Positions 49,201 to 62,966 of a stretch of 64,000 nucleotides of DNA are shown here, piece after piece; position 1 is the first letter of the stretch; each line of letters starts with the position of its first letter. The notes beneath the pieces are model-generated. The model searched no databases. It saw only the letters and a program-made list of their open reading frames with translations, and was not told the DNA's origin. The position numbers were made by a program, and so were the translations under genes. Source of the DNA: Squalus acanthias (taxonomy: Eukaryota); contig CM059431.1 in NCBI GenBank assembly GCA_030390025.1, forward strand, positions 106,704,001 through 106,768,000, given 5' to 3'.

Positions 49201-52200
49201 ACACTCGCCCCATCACACTCACCCCATCACACTCGCCCCATCACACCCGCCCCATCACACTCGCCCCAACACTCGCCCCGTCACACCCGCACAGTCACAC
49301 TTGCCCCATCACACTCGTCCCATCACACTCGCCCCATCACCCCCGCCCCATCACACCCGCCCCATCACACCCACCCCATCACACTCGCCCCAACACTCGC
49401 CCCGTCACACCCGCACAGTCACACTTGCCCCATCACACTTGCCCCATCACACTCGCCCCATCACCCCCGCCCCATCACCCCCGCCCCATCACACCCGCCC
49501 CATCACACCCGCCCTATCACACTCGCCCCATCACACTCGCCCCATCACACTCGCCCCATCACACTCGCCCCATCACACCCGCCCCATCACACTCGCCCCA
49601 TCACACTCGCCCCGTCAAACTTGCCCCATCACACCCGCCTCATCACACTCGCTCGTCACACTCGCCCAATCACACTCGCCCGTCACACTCGCCCCGTCAC
49701 ACTTGCCCCATCACACTCGCCCCATCACACCTGCCCCATCACACCCGCCTCATCACACCCGCCCCATCACACTCGCCCCATTACACCCGCCCCATCACAC
49801 TCGCCCCGTCACACCCACCCCGTCACACCCGCCCCATCACACCCGCCTCATCACACTCGCCCCATCACACTCGCCCCATCACATTCGCCCCATCACACCC
49901 GCCCCATCACACTCGCCCCGTCACACTCGCCCCATCACACCCGCCCCATCACACCCGCCCCATCACACTCGCCCCATCACACTCGCCCCATCACACCCGT
50001 CTCATCACACTCGCCCCATCACACTCGCCCCATCACACCCGCCCCATCACACCCGCCCCATCACACTCGCCCCATCACACTCGCCCCATCACACTCGCCC
50101 CATCACACCCGCCCCGTCACACCCGCCCCATCACACCCGCCTCATCACACTCGCCCCATCACATTCGCCCCATCACACCCGCCCCATCACACTCTACCCA
50201 TCACACCCGCCCCATCACACTCTACCCATCACACTCGCCCCATCACACCCGTCTCATCACACTCGCCCCATCACACCCGCCCCATCACACCCGCCCCATC
50301 ACACTCGCCCATCACACACACCCGCCCATCACACTCGCCCCGTCACACCCGGCCCATCACACCCGCCTCAGCACACTCGCCCCATCTCACTCGCCCCATC
50401 ACACCCACCACCCCGTCACACTCGCCCCGTCACCCCCCGCCCCGTCTCACCCGTCCTCATCACACTCGCCCTGTCACTCTCGCCCCCATCACACCCGTCC
50501 TCCTCACTCTCGCCCCCATCACTCCCGTCTTATCACACTATCGCCCACCACACAACACACCCGCCCATCACACTCGCCCCGTCACACCCGTCCCGTCTCA
50601 CCGCGCCCCATCACACTCCGCCCCATCGACACTCGACCCGTCTCACTCGCCACATCACACTCACCCGTCACACTCGCCCCATCACACTCGCCCTATCACA
50701 CTCGCCCCATCACACCCGTCTCATCCACTCCAGCCCCATCACACTCGCCCCATCCACACCCGCCCCATCACACTCGCCCATCACACCCGTCCCGTCACAC
50801 TCGCCACATCACACTCGCCCGTCACACTCGCCCCATCACACTCGCCCTATCACACTCGCCCCATCACACCCGTCTCATCACACTCGCCCCATCACACCCG
50901 CCCCATCACACCCGCCCCATCACACTCGCCCGTCACACCCGTCCCGTCACACTCGCCCCTTCACACTCGCCCCATCACACTCGCCCCATCACACTCGCCC
51001 CATGACACCCGCCCCATCACACCCGCCCGTCACACCCGCCCCATCACACCCGCCCCATCACACTCGCCCCATCACACCCGCCCCTCACACCCGCCCCTCA
51101 CACCCGCTCCATCACACTCGCCCCTCACACCCGCCCCATCACACTCGCCCCATCACACACGCTCCATCACACTCGCCCCATCACACTCGCCCCATCACAC
51201 TCGCCCCATCACACTCGCCCCATCACACCCGTCTCATCACACTCGCCCCATCACACCCGCCCCATCACACTCGCCCCATCACACTCGCCCCATCACACCC
51301 GCCCCATCACACCCGCCCCATCACACTCGCCCCATCACACTCGCCCCATCACACCCGCCCCATCACACCCGCCCCATCACACTCGCCCCATCACACTCGC
51401 CCCATCACACTCGCCCCAACACACCCGCCCCATCACACTCGCCCCATCACACTCGCCCCATCACACTCGCCCCATCACACCCGCTCCGTCACACCCGCCC
51501 AGTCACAGCTGCCCAGTCACACCCGCCTCCTCACACCCGTCCCGTCACACTCGCACCGTCACACTCGCCCCGTCACACCCGCCCAGTCACAGCCGCCCCA
51601 TCACACCCGCCCAATCAAACCATCCCCATCAAATCTGCCCCGTCACACCCGCCCCATCAAACCAGTCCCATCACACTCGCCCCATCACACCCACTCCGTC
51701 ACACCCGCCCCGTCACACTCGCCCCATCACACCCGCCCCATCACACCCGTCCCATCACACCCGCCCCGTCACACTCGCCCCATCACACTCGCCACATCAC
51801 ACTCGCCCCATCACACTCGCCCCATCACACTCGCCCCATCACACTCGCCCCGTCACACTCGCCCCGTCACACCCGCCCAGTCACACTCGCCCCATCACAC
51901 TCGCCCCATCACACTCGCCCCATCACACTCGCCCCATCACACTCGCCCCATCACACCCGTCCCATCACACGCGCCCCATCACACTCGCCCCATCACACTC
52001 ACCCCATCACACTCGCCCCATCACTCCCGCCCCATCACACTCGCCCCAACACACTCGCCCAGTCACACTCGCCCCATCACACTCGTCCCATCACACTCGC
52101 CCCATCACACCCGCCCCATCACACCCGCCCCATCACACCCGCCCTATCACACTCGCCCCATCACACTCGCCCCATCACACTCGCCCCATCACACCCGCCC

Positions 52201-55200
52201 CATCACACTCGCCCCAACACACTCGCCCAGTCACACTCGCCCCATCACACTCGTCCCATCACACTCGCCCCATCACACTCGCCCCATCACACCCGCCCCA
52301 TCACACCCGCCCCATCACACCCGCCCTATCACACTCGCCCCATCACACTCGCCCCATCACAGTCGCCCGTCACACTCGCCCCATCACACTCGCCCCATCA
52401 CACCCGCCCCATCACACTCGCCCCATCACACTCGTCCCATCACACTCGCCCCATCACACCCGCCCCATCACACCCGCCCCAACACACTCGCCCTATCACA
52501 CTCGCCCCATCACACTCGCCCCATCACAGTCGCCCGTCACACTCGCCCCATCACACTCGCCCCATCACACCCGCCCTATCACACTCGCCCCATCACACCC
52601 GCCCCATCACACTCGCCCCATCACACTCGCCCCATCACACTCGCCCCATCACACTCGCCCCATCACACCCGCCTCATCACACCCGCCCCATCACACTCGC
52701 CCCATCACACCCGCCCCATCACACTCGCCCCGTCACACCCGCCCAATCACACTCGCCCCGTCACACTCGCCCCGTCACACTTGCCCCATCACAGTCGCCC
52801 CTTCACACTCGCCCCATCACACCCGCCTCATCACACTCGCCCCATCACACTCGCCCCGTCACACTCGCCCCGTCACACTTGCCCCATCACAGTCGCCCCT
52901 TCACACTCGCCCTTCACACCCGCCCCACCACACCCGCCCCACCACACTCGCCCATCACACTCGCCCCATCACACTCGCCCCATCACACCCGCCCCATCAC
53001 ACTCGCCCCGTCACACCCGCTCCATCACACCCGCCCAGTCACAGCCGCCCAGTCACACCCGCCCCCTCACACCCGTCCCGTCACACTCGCCCCCGTCACA
53101 TCTCGCCCCGTCACACCCGCCCAGTCACAGCCCGCCCCATCACACCCGCCCAATCAAACCATCCCCATCAAAGCTGCCCCGTCACAACCCACCCCATCAA
53201 ACCTGTCCCATCACACTCGCCCCATCACAACCCGCCCCATCACACCAACTCCGTACACTCCGCCCCGTCACAACTCGCCCCATCACACCCACCCCATCAC
53301 ACCCGTCCCATCACACCCGCCCCGTCACACTCGCCCCATCACACTCGCCACGTCACACCCGCCCAGTCACAGCCGCCCAGTCACACCCGCCCCCTCACAC
53401 CCGTCCCGTCACACTCGCCCCGTCACACTCGCCCCATCACACCCGTCCCATCACACCCGCCCCGTCACACTCGCCCCGTCACACTCGCCCCATCACACCC
53501 GTCCCATCACACCCGTCCCATCACACCCGCCCCATCACACTCACCCCATCACACTCGCCCCGTCACACTCGCCCCGTCACACTCGCCCCATCACACCCGC
53601 CCCATCACACTCGCCCCGTCACACTCGCCCCATCACACTCGCCCCATCACACCCGTCCCGTCACACCCACCTCATCACACCCGTCCCATCACACCCGCCC
53701 CATCACACTCGCCCCATCACACTCGTCCCATCACACCCGCCCCGTCACACTCGCCCCATCACACTCGCCCCATCACACTCGCCCCATCACACCCACCCCA
53801 TCACACCCGCCCCATCACACTCGCCACGTCACACTCGCCCCATCACACTCGCCCCATCACACTCGCCCCATCACACTCGCCCCATCACACTCGCCCCATC
53901 ACACCCGCCCCATCACACTCGCCCCAACACTCGCCCCGTCACACCCGCACAGTCACACTTGCCCCATCACACTCGTCCCATCACACTCGCCCCATCACCC
54001 CCGCCCCATCACACCCGCCCCATCACACCCGCCCTATCACACTCGCCCCATCACACTCGCCCCGTCAAACTTGCCCCATCACACCCGCCTCATCACACTC
54101 GCTCGTCACACTCGCCCAATCACACTCGCCCCGTCACACTCGCCCCGTCACACTTGCCCCATCACAGTCGCCCCTTCACACTCGCCCCATCACACCCGCC
54201 TCATCACACTCGCCCCATCACACTCGCCCCATCACACCCGCCTCATCACACTCGCCCCATCACACTCGCCCCATCACACTCACCCCATCACACTCGCCCC
54301 ATCACACTCGCCCCGTCACACCCGCCCCGTCACACTCGCCCCATCACAACCGCCCCGTCACACTCGCCCCATCACACCCGTCCCGTCACACTCGCCCCAT
54401 CACACTCGCCCCGTCACACCCGCCCAGTCACAGCCGCCCAGTCACACCCGCCCCCTCACACCCGTCCCGTCACACTCGCCCCGTCACACTCGTCCCGTCA
54501 CACCCGCCCAGTCACAGCTGCCCCATCACACCCGCCCAATCAAACCATCCCCATCACAGCTGCCCCATCACAACCGCTCCGTCACACCCGCCCCGTCACA
54601 CCCGCCCCATCGAACCAGTCCCATCACACTCGCCCCATCACCGCCGCCCCATCAAACCCGTTCCGTCACATGCACTCCGTCACACCCGCCCCATCACACC
54701 CGTCCCATCACACCCGCCCCATCACACTCGCCCCATCACACTCGCCCCATCACACTCGCCCCATCACACTCGCCCCATCACACTCGCCCCCTCACACTCG
54801 CCCCGTCACACCCGCCCCATCACACCTGCCTCATCACACTCGCCCCATCACACTCGCCCCATCACACTCGCCCCATCACACTCGCCCCCTCACACTCGCC
54901 CCTCACACCCGTCCCATCACACCCGCCCCATCACACCCGCCCAGTCACACCCGCCCCCTCACACCCGCCCCATCACACTCGCCCCCTCACACTCGCCCCT
55001 CACACCCGTCCCATCACACCCGCCCCATCACACCCGCCCAGTCACACCCGCCCCCTCACACTCGCCCCATCACACTCGCCCCATCACACTCGCCCCATCA
55101 CACTCGTCCCATCACACTCGCCCCATCACACTCGCCCCATCACACCCGCCTCATCACACTCGTCCCATCACACCCGCCCCCTCACACCCGTCCCGTCACA

Positions 55201-58200
55201 CTCGCCCCGTCACACTCGCCCCATCACACTCGCCCCATCACACTTGCCCCATCACACACGCCCCGTCACACTCGCCCCTTCACACCCACCCCATCACACT
55301 CGCCCCATCTCACCCGCCCCATCACACTCGCCCCATCACACCCGTCCCATCACACCCGCCCCATTCACACCCGCCCCATCACACTTGGCCCATCACACTC
55401 GCCCCATCACACTCGCCCCTTCACACTCGCCCCATCACACCCGCCCCATCACACCCGCCCCGTCACACTCGCCCCGTCACACTCGCCCCATCACACTCGC
55501 CCCGTCACACCCGCCCCATCACACTCGCCCCATCACACCCGCCCCCTCACACCCGTCCCATCACACTCGCACCGTCACACCCGCCCAGTCACAGCCGCCC
55601 AGTCACACTCGCCCCGTCACACCCGCTCCGTCACACCTGCCCAGTCACAGCCGCCCAGTCACACCCGCCCCCTCACACCCGTCCCGTCACACTCGCCTCG
55701 TCACACTCGCCCCGTCACACCCGCCCGTCACACCCGCCCAGTCACAGCCGCCCCATCACACCCGCCCCATCAAAAAAGTCCCATCACACCCGCTCCGTCA
55801 CACCCACTCCGTCACACCCGCCCCGTCACACCCGCCCCTTAAAACCCGCCATTTCACACACGTCCCTTCACACCATCCCCGTCACACCCGCCCCGTCACA
55901 CCCGCACCGACACACCCGCCCCGTCACACCCGCCCCATCACACTCGCCCCGTCACACCCGCCCCGTCACACCCGCCCATCACACCCGCCCCGTCACACCC
56001 GCCCCATCACACCCGCCCCATCACACCCGCCCCATCACACTCGCCCCATCACACACGCCCCGTCACACTCGCCCCATCACACCCGCCCCCTCACACCCAT
56101 CCCGTCACACTCGCACCGTCACACCCGCTCCATCACACCCGCCCAGTCAAAGCCGCCCAGTCACACTCGCCCCGTCACACCCGCTCCGTCACACCCGCCC
56201 AGTCACAGCCGCCCAGTCACACCCGCCCCCTCACACCCGTCCCGTCACACTCGCCCTGTCACACTCGCCCCATCACACTCGCCCCGTCACACCCTGCCCG
56301 TCACACCCGCCCAGTCACAGCCGCCCAATCACACCCGCCCCATCAAACCAGTCCCATCACACCATCCCCATCACAGCCGCCCCATCACACCCGCTCCATC
56401 ACACCCACTCCATCACACCTGCCCCGTCACACCCGCCCCTTAAAACCCGCCCCGTCACACCCGCCCCGTCACACCCGCCACGTCACACCCGCCCCATCAC
56501 ACCCGCCCCGTCATACCCGCCCCGTCACACCCGCCCCATCACACCTGCCCCGTCACACCCGCCCCGTCACACCCGCCCCATCTCATGCGCCCCATTCCAC
56601 CCGCCCCATCACAACCGCCCCGTCACATCCGCCCCGTCACACCCGCCCCATCACACTCGCCCAATCACACCCGCCCCGTCACACTCGCCCCATCACACAC
56701 CCGCCCCGTCACACCCGCCCCGTCACACCCGCCCCATCACACCCGCCCCGTCACACCCTCCCCGTCACACCCGCCCCGTCACACCCGCCCCGTCACACCC
56801 GCCCCGTCACACCCGCCCCGTCACACCCGCCCCATCACACCTGCCCCATCACACCTGCCCCATCACACCCGCACCATCACACTTGCCCCGTCACACTCGC
56901 CACATCACACTCGCCCCATCACACTCGCCCCATCACACCCGCCCCATCACACCCGCCCCATCACAGCCGCCCCATCGCACTCGCCCCGTCACACTCGCCC
57001 CGTCACACCCGCCCCGTCACACCCGCCCGTCACACCCGCCCCGTCACACCCGCCAAGTCACACCCGCCCCATCACACCCGCCCCATCACACTCGCCCCAT
57101 CACACCCGCCCCATCACACCTGCCCATCACACCCGCCCGTCACACCCGCCCCATCACACTCACCCCATCACACCCGCCCCATCACATTTGCCCCATCACA
57201 CCCGCCCCAACACAATCGCCCCATCACACCCGTCCCGTCACACCCACCCCGTCACACCCGCACAGTCACACCCGCCCCGTCACACCCGCCCCATCACACC
57301 CGCCCCATCACACCCGCCTCATCACACCCGCCCCGTCACACTCGCCCCGTCACACCCGCCAGGTCACACCCGCCCCATCACACTCGCCCCATCACACTCG
57401 CCCCATCACACTCGCCCCATCACACTCGCCCCATCACACCCGCCCCATCACACCCGCCTCATCACACCCGCCCCGTCACACTCGCCCCGTCACACCCGCC
57501 AGGTCACACCCGCCCCATCACACTCGCCCCATCACACCCGCCAGTCACACTCGCCCCATCACACCCGCCCCATCACACTCGCCCCATCACACTCGCCCCA
57601 TCACACCCGCCCCATCACAGCCGCCCCATCACACTCGCCCCATCACACTCGCCCCGTCACACGCGCCCCGTCACACCCGCCCCAGCACACTCGCCCCATC
57701 ATACCCGCCCCATCACACCCGCCCGTCACACCCGCCCGTCACACCCGCCCCATCACACCCGCCCCATAACACCCGCCCCATCACACCCGTCCCTTCACAC
57801 CCGCCCCGTCACAGCCGCCCAGTCACACCCGCCCCCTCACACCCGTCCCGTCACACTCGCCCCGTCACACTCGACCCGTCACACCCACCCCATCACACTC
57901 GCCCCATCACACTCGCCCCGTCACACCCGCCCCATCAAACTCGCCCCATCACACCCGCCCCGTCACACTCGCCCCATCACACCCTCCCCGTCACACCCAC
58001 CCCATCACACTCGCTCCATCACACTCGCCCATCACACCCGCCGCCTCACACCCGTCCTGTCACACTCGCCCCGTCACACCCGCTCCGTTACACCCGCCCA
58101 GTCACAGCCGCCCAGTCACACTCGCCCCGTCACACCCGCCCAGTCACACTCGCCCCGTCACACCCGCCCCATCACACTCGCCCCATCACACTCGCCCCGT

Positions 58201-61200
58201 CACACCCGCCCCATCACTCTCGCCCCAACACACCCGTCCCATCACACTCGCCCCATCACACCCGCCCCATCACACTCGCCCCGTCACACCCGCTCCGTCA
58301 CACCCGCCCAGTCACAGCCGCCCAGTCACACCCGCCCCATCACACCCGCCCAATCAAACCATCCCCATCACAGCTGCCCCGTCACACCCGCCCCATCAAA
58401 CCAGTCCCATCACACTCGCCCCATCACACCCACCCCATCACACCCACTCCGTCACACCCGCCCCGTCACACCTGCCCCGTCACACCCGCCCCGTCACACC
58501 TGCCCCATCACACCTGCCCCATCACACCTGCCCCATCACACCCGCCCCATGACACTCGCCCCGTCACACCCGCCCCATCACACTCGCCCCATCACACTCG
58601 CCCCATCACACTCGCCCCATCACACCCGCCCCATCACACCCGCCCCATCACAGCCACCCCATCACACTCGCCCCGTCACACTCGCCCCATCACACCCGCC
58701 CGTCACACCCGCCCCGTCACACCCGCCCAGTCACACCCGCCCCATCACACCCGCCCCATCACACTCGCCCCATCACACCCGCCCCATCACACCCAACCCA
58801 TCACACTCGCCCCATCACAACTGTCCCGTCACACCCGCCCCGTCACACCCGCCCAGTCACACCCGTCCCATCACACTCGCCCCATCACACCCGCCCCGTC
58901 ACACCCGCCCCATCACACCCGCCCCATCACACCCGCCTCATCACACCCGCCCCATCACACCCGCCCCATCACACTCGCCCGTCACACCCGCCCCATCACA
59001 CCCGCCCGACACACCCGCCCGTCACACCCGCCCCATCACACTCGCCCCATCACACCCGCCCCATCACACTTGCCCCATCACACCCGCCCCATCACACTCG
59101 CCCCATCACACCCGCCCCATCACACCCGCCCAGTCACACCTGTCCCATCACACTCGCCCCACCACATCCGCCCCGTCACACCCGCCCCATCACACCCGCC
59201 CCATCACACCCGCCTCATCACACCCGCCCCATCACACCCGCCCCATCACACTCGCCCCATCACACCCGCCCCATCACACCCGCCCCTTCACACTCGCCCC
59301 ATCACACTTGCCCCATCACACTCGCCCCATCACACTCGCCCCATCACACTCGCCCCGTCACACCCGCCCCGTCACACTCGCCCCATCACACTCGCCCCAT
59401 CACACTCGCCCCAACACACTCGCCCCATCACACTCGCCCCATCACACTCGCCCCGTCACACTCGCCTCGTCACACTCGCCCCACCACACTCGCCCCATCA
59501 CACCCACCCCGTCACACTCGCCCCATCACCCCCGCCCCGTCACACCCGTCCCGTCACACTCGCCCCGTCACAGCCGCCCAGTCACACCCGCCCAGTCACA
59601 GCCGCCCAGTCACACCCGCCCCCTCACACCCATCCCGTCACACTCGCCCCGTCACACCCGCCCGTCACACCCGCCCAGTCACAGCCGCCCCATCACACCC
59701 GCCCCATCAAACCAGTCCCATCACACCATCCCCATCACAGCCGCCCCATCACACCCGCTCCGTCACACCCACTCCGTCACACCCGCCCCGTCACACCCGC
59801 CCCTTAACACCCGCCATTTCACACACGTCCCTTCACACCATCCCCGTCACACCCGCCCCGTCACACCCGCCCCGTCACACCCGCCCCGTCACACCCGCCC
59901 CGTCACACCCGCCCCGTCACACCTGCCCCATCACACCCGCCCCGTCACACCCGCCCCATCACACCCGCCCCGTCACACCCGCCCCATCACACTCGCGCCG
60001 TCACACCCTCCCCGTCACACCCGCCCCGTCACACCTGCCCCATCACACCTGCCCCATCACACATGCCCCATCACACCCGCCCCGTCACACTCGCCCCGTC
60101 ACACCCGTTCCATCACAACCGCCCCATCACACTCGCCCCATCACACCCGCCCAGTCACACTCGCCCCATCACACTCGCCCCATCACACTCGCCCCATCAC
60201 ACTCGCCCCATCACACTCGCCCCATCACACTCGCACCATCACACCCGCCACATCACACCCGCCCCATCACAGCCACCCCATCACACTCGCCCCGTCACAC
60301 TCGCCCCGTCACACCCGTACCGTCACACCCGCCCGTCACACCCGCCCCGTCACACCCGCCCAGTCACACCCGCCCCATCACACTCTCCCCATCACACCCG
60401 CCCCATCACACCCGCCCGTCACACCCGCCCGTCACACCCGCCCCATCACACTCGCCCCATCACACTCGCCCCATCACACCCGTCCCGTCACACCCGCCCA
60501 GTCACACCCGCCCCCTCACACCCGTCCCGTTACACTCGCCCCGTCACACTCGCCCTGTCACACCCGCCCGTCACACCCGCCCAGTCACAGCCGCCCCATC
60601 ACACCCGCCCCATCAAACCAGTCCCATCACACCCGCCCCATCCCACCCGCCCCATCAAACCAGTCCCATCACACCCGCCCCATCACACCCGCCCCGTCAC
60701 ACCCGCCCAGTCACACCCGCCCCATCACACCCGCCTCATCACACCCGCCCCATCACACTCGCCCCATCACACCCGCCCCATTACACTCCCCCATCACACT
60801 CGCCCCATCACACTCGCCCCGTCACACCCGCCCGTCACACTCGCCCCATCACACCCGCCCCGTCACACCCGCCCCGCCCCATCACACCCGCCCCGTCACA
60901 CTCGCCCCATCACACCCACCCCATCACACCCGCCCCATCACACTCGCCCCATCACACTCGCCCATCACACCTGCCCCCTCACACCCGTCCTGTCACACTC
61001 GCCCCATCACACCCGCTCCGTTACACCCGCCCAGTCACAACCGCCCAGTTACACTCGCCCCGTCACACCCGCTCCATCACACCCGCCCAGTCACAGCCGC
61101 CCAGTCACACCCGCCCCCTCACACCCGTCCCGTCACACTCGCCCCATCACACCCGCCCGTCACACCCGCCCAGTCACAGCCGCCCCATCACACCCGCCCC

Positions 61201-61778
61201 ATCAAACCAGTCCCATCACACCATCCCCATCACAGCCGCCCCATCACACCCGCTCCGTCTCACCCACTCCGTCACACCCGCCCCATCACACCCGCCCCTT
61301 AACACCCGCCATTTCACACACGTCCCTTCACAGCATCCCCGTCACACCCGCCCCGTCACACCCGCCCCGTCACACCCGGCCCCGTCACGCCTGCCCCGTC
61401 ACACCCGCCCCGTCACACCCGCCCCATCACACCCGCCCCGTCACACCCGCCCCGTCACACTCACCCCGTCACACCCGCCCGGTCACACCCGCCCCGTCAC
61501 ACCTGCCCCGTCACACCTGCCCCATCACACCTGCCCCATCACACCCACCCCATCACACTCGCCCCGTCACACCCGACCCATCACACTGGCCCCGTCACAC
61601 TCGCCCCATCACACCCGCCCAGTCACACTCGCCCCATCACACTCGCCCCATCACACCCGCCCAGTCACACCCGTCCCATCACACTCTCCCTATCACACCC
61701 GCCCCATCACACTCGCCCCATCACACTCGCCCCATCACACCCGCTCCGTCACACCCAGCCCAGCACACGTCATCCCAT
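34205..61778 (+). repeat. 14-bp satellite (ccccatcacacYcg), central block of ~27.6 kb, roughly 2000 units
   Basis: Directly visible tandem array with extreme C/A strand skew. Confidence 0.99.
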
Positions 61779-62966
61779 CGGGACGGGGCGGGTGTGTCTG
61801 TGCAGGTGTGACGGGGCGGGTGTGACGGGACGGGTGTGAGGGGGCGGGTGTGATGGGGCGGGTGAGACGGGGCAGGTGTGATTGGACGGGTGTGATGTGG
61901 CGGGTGTGAAATTGCGGGTGTGACAGGGCGGGTGTGACGGGACTGGTGTGACGGGGCGGGTGTGACTGGGCAGGTGTGACGGGGCGGGTATGACGGGACG
62001 GGTGTGACGGGGCGGGTGTGACGGGGCGGGGGTGATGGCGCTGGTGTGATGGGACGGGTGTGATGGGACGGGTGTGAAGGGACGGGTGTGACTGGGCAGG
62101 TGTGACGGGGCGGGTGTGATGGGACGGGTGTGACGGGGCGGGTGTGACGGGGCGGGGGTGATGGGGCGGGTGTGACTGGGCAGGTGTGACGGGGCGGGTA
62201 TGACGGGATGGGGGTGATGGCGCTGGTGTGATGGGACAGGTGTGATGGGACGGGTGTGATGTGGCGGGTGTGACTGGGTAGGTGTGACGGGGCGGGTATG
62301 ATGGGACAGGTGTGAGGGGGCGGGTGTGACGGGGCGGGTGTGACGGGTCGGGTGTGATGGGACGGGTGTGATGTGGCGGTGTGACGAGGCGGTGTGATGG
62401 GTCGGGTGTGATGGGTCGGGTGTGATGTGGCGGTGTGAAGAGGCGGTGTGAATGGTCGGGTGTGACGGGACGGGTGTGATGGGACGGGTGTGACTGGGCA
62501 GGTGTGACGGGGCGGGTGTGACGGGACGGGTGTGACGGGGCGGGTGTGACTGGGCAGGTGTGACGGGGCGGGTGTGGCGGGACGGATGTGACGGGGCAGG
62601 TGTGACGGGACGGGTGTGACGGGACGGGTGTGACGGGGCGGGTGTGACGGGGCGGGTGTGACGGGGCGGGTGTGACGGGGCGGGTGTGATGGGGCGGGTG
62701 TGACGGGGCGGGTGTGACGGGGCGGGTGTGAAGGGACGGGCGTGACGGGGCGGGTGTGACGGGGCGGGTGTGACGGGGCGGGTGTGACGGGACGGGTGTG
62801 ACGGGACGGGTGTGACGGGGCGGGTGTGACGGGGCGGGTGTGACGGGGCGGGTGTGATGGGACGGGTGTGACGGGGCGGGTGTGATGGGACGGGTGTGAT
62901 GTGGCGGTGTGAAGAGGCGGTGTGATGGGACGGGTGTGAAGAGGCGGTGTGAAGAGGCGGTGTGAT
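61779..62966 (-). repeat. 14-bp satellite, right block (G-rich orientation), ~1.2 kb
   Basis: Units ggggcgggtgtgac / gggacgggtgtgat are the reverse complement of the central block. Confidence 0.97.

Noticed and set aside
50300..50760. Locally degenerate satellite patches (also ~41300-41700, 44300-44830, 45830-46160, 53090-53280) as distinct subfamilies
   Set aside because: They are dominated by single-base indels in otherwise standard units and could be consensus errors from low read support. This cannot be resolved without reads.
35243..56443. 7066-aa His/Pro/Thr/Ser-rich ORF and overlapping giant ORFs
   Set aside because: The C-rich strand of the 14-mer has no stop codon in any frame, so all three frames are open with the same permuted peptide. 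The unit is not a multiple of 3, indels are frequent, and there is no unique domain or signal peptide.
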